From Promethearchaeota archaeon (GTDB lineage: Archaea; Asgardarchaeota; Lokiarchaeia; Sigyniarchaeales; SOKP01), in NCBI GenBank assembly GCA_019058365.1, contig JAHPZE010000004.1, forward strand, positions 1 through 64,000: a stretch of DNA of 64,000 bases, written 5' to 3'. Numbering within the stretch: position 1 is the first letter of the stretch; each line of letters starts with the position of its first letter. Shown here piece by piece: positions 59,238 through 64,000 of the stretch. The notes beneath the pieces are model-generated. The model had not been told where the DNA came from. It did no database searches and worked only from the letters and a program-made list of their open reading frames with translations. Both the position numbers and the translations under genes were made by a program.

Positions 59238-59387
59238 AGATTTTGAATGAGAACAAGACTTTCCTCATAATAATCAATTTTATATATGTTAAATGTTATG
59301 TTTTAGATAATCAAAATTTCTTAGTATTATATGGAGTAAAAGTTCTTCTATAATACAGAAAGAATTAATGAGGAAAGAATATATAGT

Positions 59388-60005
59388 GTGAAAAAAATGG
59401 AATATAATTCTTCAAGTATAGTGAAAGAATTTTCAAAGAATCAAAAAACAGTAGCTTTAATATTTTACATATTAATTGTTGGTGCGAGTTTAGTTACTAT
59501 AGGTGGTGTAGTATGGACCTTTGCAGATATCTTTATCGGAACAACTGGAAAATGGTACTTATTTTCAACACTTAATTTAGGATATCAGATAGCCATTATT
59601 GGAGGACTTTTAGCAGGCTTATTTTTCCTTTTGATTTTCTTTTTTGGTTTATTTAAGAAGACTTCAAAATCATTGATAAACTTTATTTATAGAAAGAGGG
59701 AACTTGAGCAAAAATATAAAGATCGTATTGACGTAAAAATTGCAGCTGGTGGATTAATAATTAGTTTACTAGCTATTATTATTGGGGTAATTTTTGCAGT
59801 CATCTTAGATATAATTAATGTTTATGAAGGAGGGTCCTCTTCTCTGCTGACTTTATTAGGAAGTACGGGGCCATGGGTTTTATTTATTGGAATTGCACTT
59901 TTTTCAATTGTAGGTGTTTCACTGTTTATGGTCTATTTCTGGAAGAACGGATTTTACCTTATTTTAAGACTTATTGGCGTTATTGAAAAAGAGCAAAAGA
60001 AATAA
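59388..60005 (+). CDS. Hypothetical membrane protein (4 TM, internal two-fold repeat)
   Basis: Two similar TM-hairpin halves separated by a charged linker. Confidence 0.65.
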   Translation: MKKMEYNSSSIVKEFSKNQKTVALIFYILIVGASLVTIGGVVWTFADIFIGTTGKWYLFSTLNLGYQIAIIGGLLAGLFFLLIFFFGLFKKTSKSLINFIYRKRELEQKYKDRIDVKIAAGGLIISLLAIIIGVIFAVILDIINVYEGGSSSLLTLLGSTGPWVLFIGIALFSIVGVSLFMVYFWKNGFYLILRLIGVIEKEQKK

Positions 60006-60126
60006 TAAGCTTTACAATCTTGGTTAAATCAGAAATTTTGTGCTCTTATATTTTTTTTATTTGATTGTATTATCTAATAATGTCAAACCATTATTTTAAT
60101 CGATTTTATAACGTCTTCTTGATAAT

Positions 60127-61653
60127 ATGGCAATTAAAGTTGGTACTGTATTTAATTACTTACAATTACCCAATGTATCTAAATTCCCTTTTGTGATAAA
60201 TAAAAGGCAAGATGGAATATTTATTCAAAAGGGACTATTTGTGAATACAAAATCTAATGAAGGATTTTTAATTGGCGTTATTGAAGAAATTGTCTTACTA
60301 AATGAATACTTTACTGATGCTTTAACAATTAAAGCCTATAACAATAATAACAATCCTAACTTCATTAAAGGGCTTTTTCCAAGTAAAGATTTTGAATTTG
60401 CGATTGCAATTGTAAATTGTTTAGGTTTAATTAAGTTTAAAGATGAAAGCATAAAAGAAATCGAGAGAGTTCAACGCATGACTTACCCTGCTAGTCCTGG
60501 AGAAGGAGTTTATATTGTAGAAGAAGAAATTCTTCATAAATTTCTTGGATTTGATACTAAGTATGGTTTAAATTTAGGATTTGTAAAAGTAACAAATTCT
60601 AATGCGAAAGTTAACATGAATAGATTATTAAATAAACATTTTGCTATTCTCTCAATTTCAGGAGGAGGAAAAAGTTATCTGACATCAGTCCTTATCGAAG
60701 AATTATTATCTAGAAAAGAGGATTATGGTACTCCCGCTATCATATTATTTGATGTCCATGGTGAATATATATATTTAAAAGATATCCCTGAATTAAAAGA
60801 TAAAATTAAAATCCAAGATATTTCTTATTTTCAAATCGGAATGTCTAACTTATCAGTATATTCCTTAAAGAAATATCAAGAGCAAATTTCACATGTTCAA
60901 GTTAGAGAACTCTCAAAATATATAAAAACATTAAATAAAGATAAAGATAAAAAAAATAAATATACAATAAATGACATAATCGAACAGATTGAAAAAGAAT
61001 CTGATGGAAATCGAAGTACAAAACAAGCATTAGTGGGCTGGTTATCAGAATTAGAAAGATTACATCTATTTGGTCCTCAAGAAAATCCAATATTAGACAA
61101 GGTTGTGAATAACCAAGAAATTACAATATTTAACTTTCAAAAAGAAATAAGCATTAGAAAAAAACAAATTATTGTTGATTATATTTGTAATAGGCTCTTT
61201 CACTTACGTAGAATGAGCAATATTCCCCCATTTCTATTAATTGTAGAAGAAGCTCATCAATTTTGCCCTGAAGCTGCCCATGCAAAAGCAATCTCAAAAC
61301 CCATCATTGAGATGATTGCTAGAGAAGGAAGAAAATTCATGGCTTGTTTATGTCTAATTAGTCAGAGACCAAAAAAATTAAGTACTACCGCTTTATCACA
61401 ATGTAATTCTAAATTAGTTTTAAGTTTAAAAAATCCATATGATTTAAAACATCTTATGGACAGTTCAGAAGCAATTACAAAAGAATATGCAAGTATGATA
61501 TCTAGTTTAGGTGTAGGAGAAATGGTAATAATGGGAAACGCCGTTAACTATCCAGTATTCGTTGATGTGAGGCAGAGAAAATTTAAATCAAGAAACGAGG
61601 AGATTTCTTTAGCTCAATTTTGTTTAAATTGGCAAAAAAAAGAATTAAACTAA
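60127..61653 (+). CDS. herA: HerA-family ATPase / bipolar helicase
   Basis: N-terminal HAS-barrel-like region, KHFAILSISGGGKS (Walker A), FDVHGEY, IVEEAHQFCP (Walker B), IAREGRKF, SQRP. Confidence 0.85.
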   Translation: MAIKVGTVFNYLQLPNVSKFPFVINKRQDGIFIQKGLFVNTKSNEGFLIGVIEEIVLLNEYFTDALTIKAYNNNNNPNFIKGLFPSKDFEFAIAIVNCLGLIKFKDESIKEIERVQRMTYPASPGEGVYIVEEEILHKFLGFDTKYGLNLGFVKVTNSNAKVNMNRLLNKHFAILSISGGGKSYLTSVLIEELLSRKEDYGTPAIILFDVHGEYIYLKDIPELKDKIKIQDISYFQIGMSNLSVYSLKKYQEQISHVQVRELSKYIKTLNKDKDKKNKYTINDIIEQIEKESDGNRSTKQALVGWLSELERLHLFGPQENPILDKVVNNQEITIFNFQKEISIRKKQIIVDYICNRLFHLRRMSNIPPFLLIVEEAHQFCPEAAHAKAISKPIIEMIAREGRKFMACLCLISQRPKKLSTTALSQCNSKLVLSLKNPYDLKHLMDSSEAITKEYASMISSLGVGEMVIMGNAVNYPVFVDVRQRKFKSRNEEISLAQFCLNWQKKELN

Positions 61654-61728
61654 ACCAGAATATAATCCTTTTAATAATTACAAATTAAAATTATTAAAAA
61701 TGACGTATAGATCTCGATACTCTTCAAA

Positions 61729-62001
61729 TTAAAGTTGATCAAGAATCTCTTCTCTTATAGCTTTGCCTCTTTTATTTAAAACAATCATTTTTTTATTCTT
61801 GGAGACGCGGAACACATTTATTATAGCCATACTCTCCAACTTCAAAAAAATTTCTTCTAAATTCAATGAATTCACAAAAGGAAATTCCTTTTTTAGAAGT
61901 TCTTCAAGTCTTTTATCTAAAATTTCTCCCTTATTTTTAATTAATATATCAATGATTGAATTAATTACTGGTTTTTGGTTCCAACGAAATGAGTCTTGCA
62001 T
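61729..62001 (-). CDS. Small winged-helix-like archaeal protein
   Basis: 90 aa; helix-turn-helix followed by LES.AIINV...KKMIV hairpin; downstream of cdc48. Confidence 0.6.
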   Translation of the reverse strand: MQDSFRWNQKPVINSIIDILIKNKGEILDKRLEELLKKEFPFVNSLNLEEIFLKLESMAIINVFRVSKNKKMIVLNKRGKAIREEILDQL

Positions 62002-62080
62002 AATTGTCTGATTAAATATTTCTATCTTAATTAAATATTTATAGTTTAAAATGAATATTCTCTAATTAATTTTATTAGTT

Positions 62081-64000
62081 CTAAACAAATAATCGATCTT
62101 CTTTGGATTCTTCTATACTTCTACTTTTTAATTTTTCACCGAATTTTTCATACCATGCTAATGTTTCTTTAGTTAATGTAGGATTAGTAAATTCTCTTGC
62201 TTCTTTAAAATGTTCTAATGAAACTTTTCTTGCTCTAATATTCTCTCTTAAGGCAATCATAGCAGCTTCGCGACACCATGTTTCAATATCTGCTCCAGAA
62301 AAGCCATTAATTAAACTATTCAAATCTTCTACTTTTACATTGCTAGTTAAAGGCATATCTTTAGTAAATATTTTTAAAATTTCCAATCTTCCCTTTTCAT
62401 CCGGAACAGGAACGAGCAATATTCTATCAATTCTTCCGGGGCGAATTAATGCTGGATCTAAAATATCAGGACGATTAGTAGCGGCAATTACAACTATATC
62501 TTTCATTACTTCCAAACCATCTAACTCTGTTAAAAATTGAGATAATACTTTTTCTGTTACACCAGAATCTGATGTATGTCTTCCTCTACTTGGAGCTATC
62601 GAATCAAACTCATCAAAAAAGATAATACATGGAGATGCCATTTTTGCTATACGAAAAACTTCTCTTATTGCCTTCTCAGATTCACCGACCCATTTTGATA
62701 AGAGTTCTGGACCCTTTATTGATATGAAATTTGCTTTACTTTCGGTTGCTACTGCTCTTGCTAACAAAGTTTTACCACAACCTGGTGGGCCATAAAGCAG
62801 AATTCCTTTAGGAGGTGTAATTCCCATACGAGTGAATATATTAGGATGTGATAATGGCCAGTCTACAGCTTCAATTAATTTTTGCTTTAAACTCTCTAAT
62901 CCTCCAACTTGATCCCATGGAACGTTTGGGACTTCTACAAATACCTCTCTTATTCCAGATGGAAGAATTTCTTTTAATGCTTCTTCAAAATCTTCTTTGG
63001 TAACTTCTATTTGTTCTAATAATTCTGGATCAATTACTTCTGATTCCAAATCAATTTTAGGTAAATATCGACGTAATGCAGACATAGCAGCTTCTCGACA
63101 AACAGCAGAAATATCTGCTCCTACGAATCCATGCGTTATTTGTGAAAATTCCTTTAATGAAATCTTTTTATCAAGGGGCATATTTCTAGTATGTATTTGA
63201 AATACTTCTCTCCTGCCTTTCTCATTAGGTACTTTTATCTCAATTTCACGATCAAATCGTCCTGGGCGCCTTAATGCAGAATCTAAACTATTCGGTCTAT
63301 TAGTTGCTCCTATAACAATAACTTTACCTCTTCCATGCAGTCCATCCATCAAGGCAAGTAATTGTGCTACAACTCTACGTTCTACTTCTCCTGTAACAGT
63401 TTCTCGTTTTGGAGCAATAGCATCAATTTCATCTATAAAAATAATAGACGGGCTCTTTTCTTCTGCTTCAATAAAGAGTTTTCGCAATTTTTTTTCAGAT
63501 TCTCCATAAAATTTACTCATAATTTCTGGACCATTTATTGAAATGAAATGTGCTTCACTTTCATTAGCCACGGCTCTAGCTAATAAAGTCTTTCCACACC
63601 CAGGTGGACCTCTTAGAAGAACTCCCTTAGGAGGATCAATTCCTAAACGTTTAAACAACGATGGATGTCGTAATGGCAATTCTACCATTTCTCTAACTCT
63701 CTGAATCTCTTTATCTAAACCTCCAACATCTTCATACGTTATGTAGTGAAGCCCTCTTTCTGCCTCTTCAGTAATTTTATCACTAATATTAAGTATAGTA
63801 TCTTGTTTAATAATGCAAACTCCACTAGGTCGCACGCTTAAAACTTTAAATGTGATCTCTCTACTAATACCAATAGAGATAAATATATAATCATCTACTG
63901 TTATTGGGTAATTGTTTAATTTTCTTTTTACAAAGCTTTCAAATCTAGGATTATTTTTTATCGGGAAATTTGATGGAGCCAATACAACATTTTGAGCAAT
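62081..64000 (-). CDS. cdc48: Cdc48/p97-family AAA+ ATPase (5' end beyond window)
   Basis: Two AAA modules: GPPGCGKT twice, FIDEID / [16 protein letters not shown] / RPGRIDR; the frame stays open to the window edge. Confidence 0.97.
   Translation of the reverse strand: MAQNVVLAPSNFPIKNNPRFESFVKRKLNNYPITVDDYIFISIGISREITFKVLSVRPSGVCIIKQDTILNISDKITEEAERGLHYITYEDVGGLDKEIQRVREMVELPLRHPSLFKRLGIDPPKGVLLRGPPGCGKTLLARAVANESEAHFISINGPEIMSKFYGESEKKLRKLFIEAEEKSPSIIFIDEIDAIAPKRETVTGEVERRVVAQLLALMDGLHGRGKVIVIGATNRPNSLDSALRRPGRFDREIEIKVPNEKGRREVFQIHTRNMPLDKKISLKEFSQITHGFVGADISAVCREAAMSALRRYLPKIDLESEVIDPELLEQIEVTKEDFEEALKEILPSGIREVFVEVPNVPWDQVGGLESLKQKLIEAVDWPLSHPNIFTRMGITPPKGILLYGPPGCGKTLLARAVATESKANFISIKGPELLSKWVGESEKAIREVFRIAKMASPCIIFFDEFDSIAPSRGRHTSDSGVTEKVLSQFLTELDGLEVMKDIVVIAATNRPDILDPALIRPGRIDRILLVPVPDEKGRLEILKIFTKDMPLTSNVKVEDLNSLINGFSGADIETWCREAAMIALRENIRARKVSLEHFKEAREFTNPTLTKETLAWYEKFGEKLKSRSIEESKEDRLFV

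Noticed and set aside
59324-59356. Inverted repeat GTATTATA...TATAATAC upstream of the membrane protein gene
   Set aside because: AT-rich, single occurrence; cannot be distinguished from chance.
323-63200. Many short ORFs overlapping larger genes (e.g. 323..613, 13125..13457, 18852..19229, 26469..26795, 62103..62540)
   Set aside because: Antisense or alternate-frame shadows of well-supported genes, with no motifs of their own.
1-64000. CRISPR arrays, rRNA genes, IS elements, integrases
   Set aside because: No regularly spaced repeats, rRNA-like sequence, or transposase/recombinase motifs were seen.

Overview
AT-rich archaeal chromosome segment, most consistent with an Asgard archaeon (Lokiarchaeia-like). 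This is inferred from the archaeal-type SAM synthetase, GatDE, fibrillarin/Nop5, TFB, the proteasome-exosome superoperon, KEOPS subunits, Cdc48 and a profilin-like protein. Most of the window is housekeeping. The standout observation is that the RNase HII gene (rnhB) is split inside its catalytic DEAGRG motif by a 30-nt insert carrying two in-frame stops. The insert folds into a complete bulge-helix-bulge (BHB) splice motif, and cleavage at the canonical BHB positions restores the motif exactly, so it is a candidate endonuclease-spliced mRNA intron. The same window has three BHB tRNA introns, two of them 30 nt and at non-canonical positions in one tRNA-Val. Three accessory inserts are each bracketed by a diverged, decaying duplicate of the end of a flanking host gene (sua5 5' end, acyl-CoA dehydrogenase 3' end, a Zn-ribbon gene 3' end). 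They carry a Lamassu/ABC-3C-type defence trio plus a repeat-HNH protein, a VTC/DUF4956/lamin-tail cluster, and decayed RHH/HEPN fragments. Also notable are tandem RHH-HisKA-receiver proteins with no kinase domain and several probable ATT/ATA start codons. All family assignments come from motif recognition only; no searches were run.
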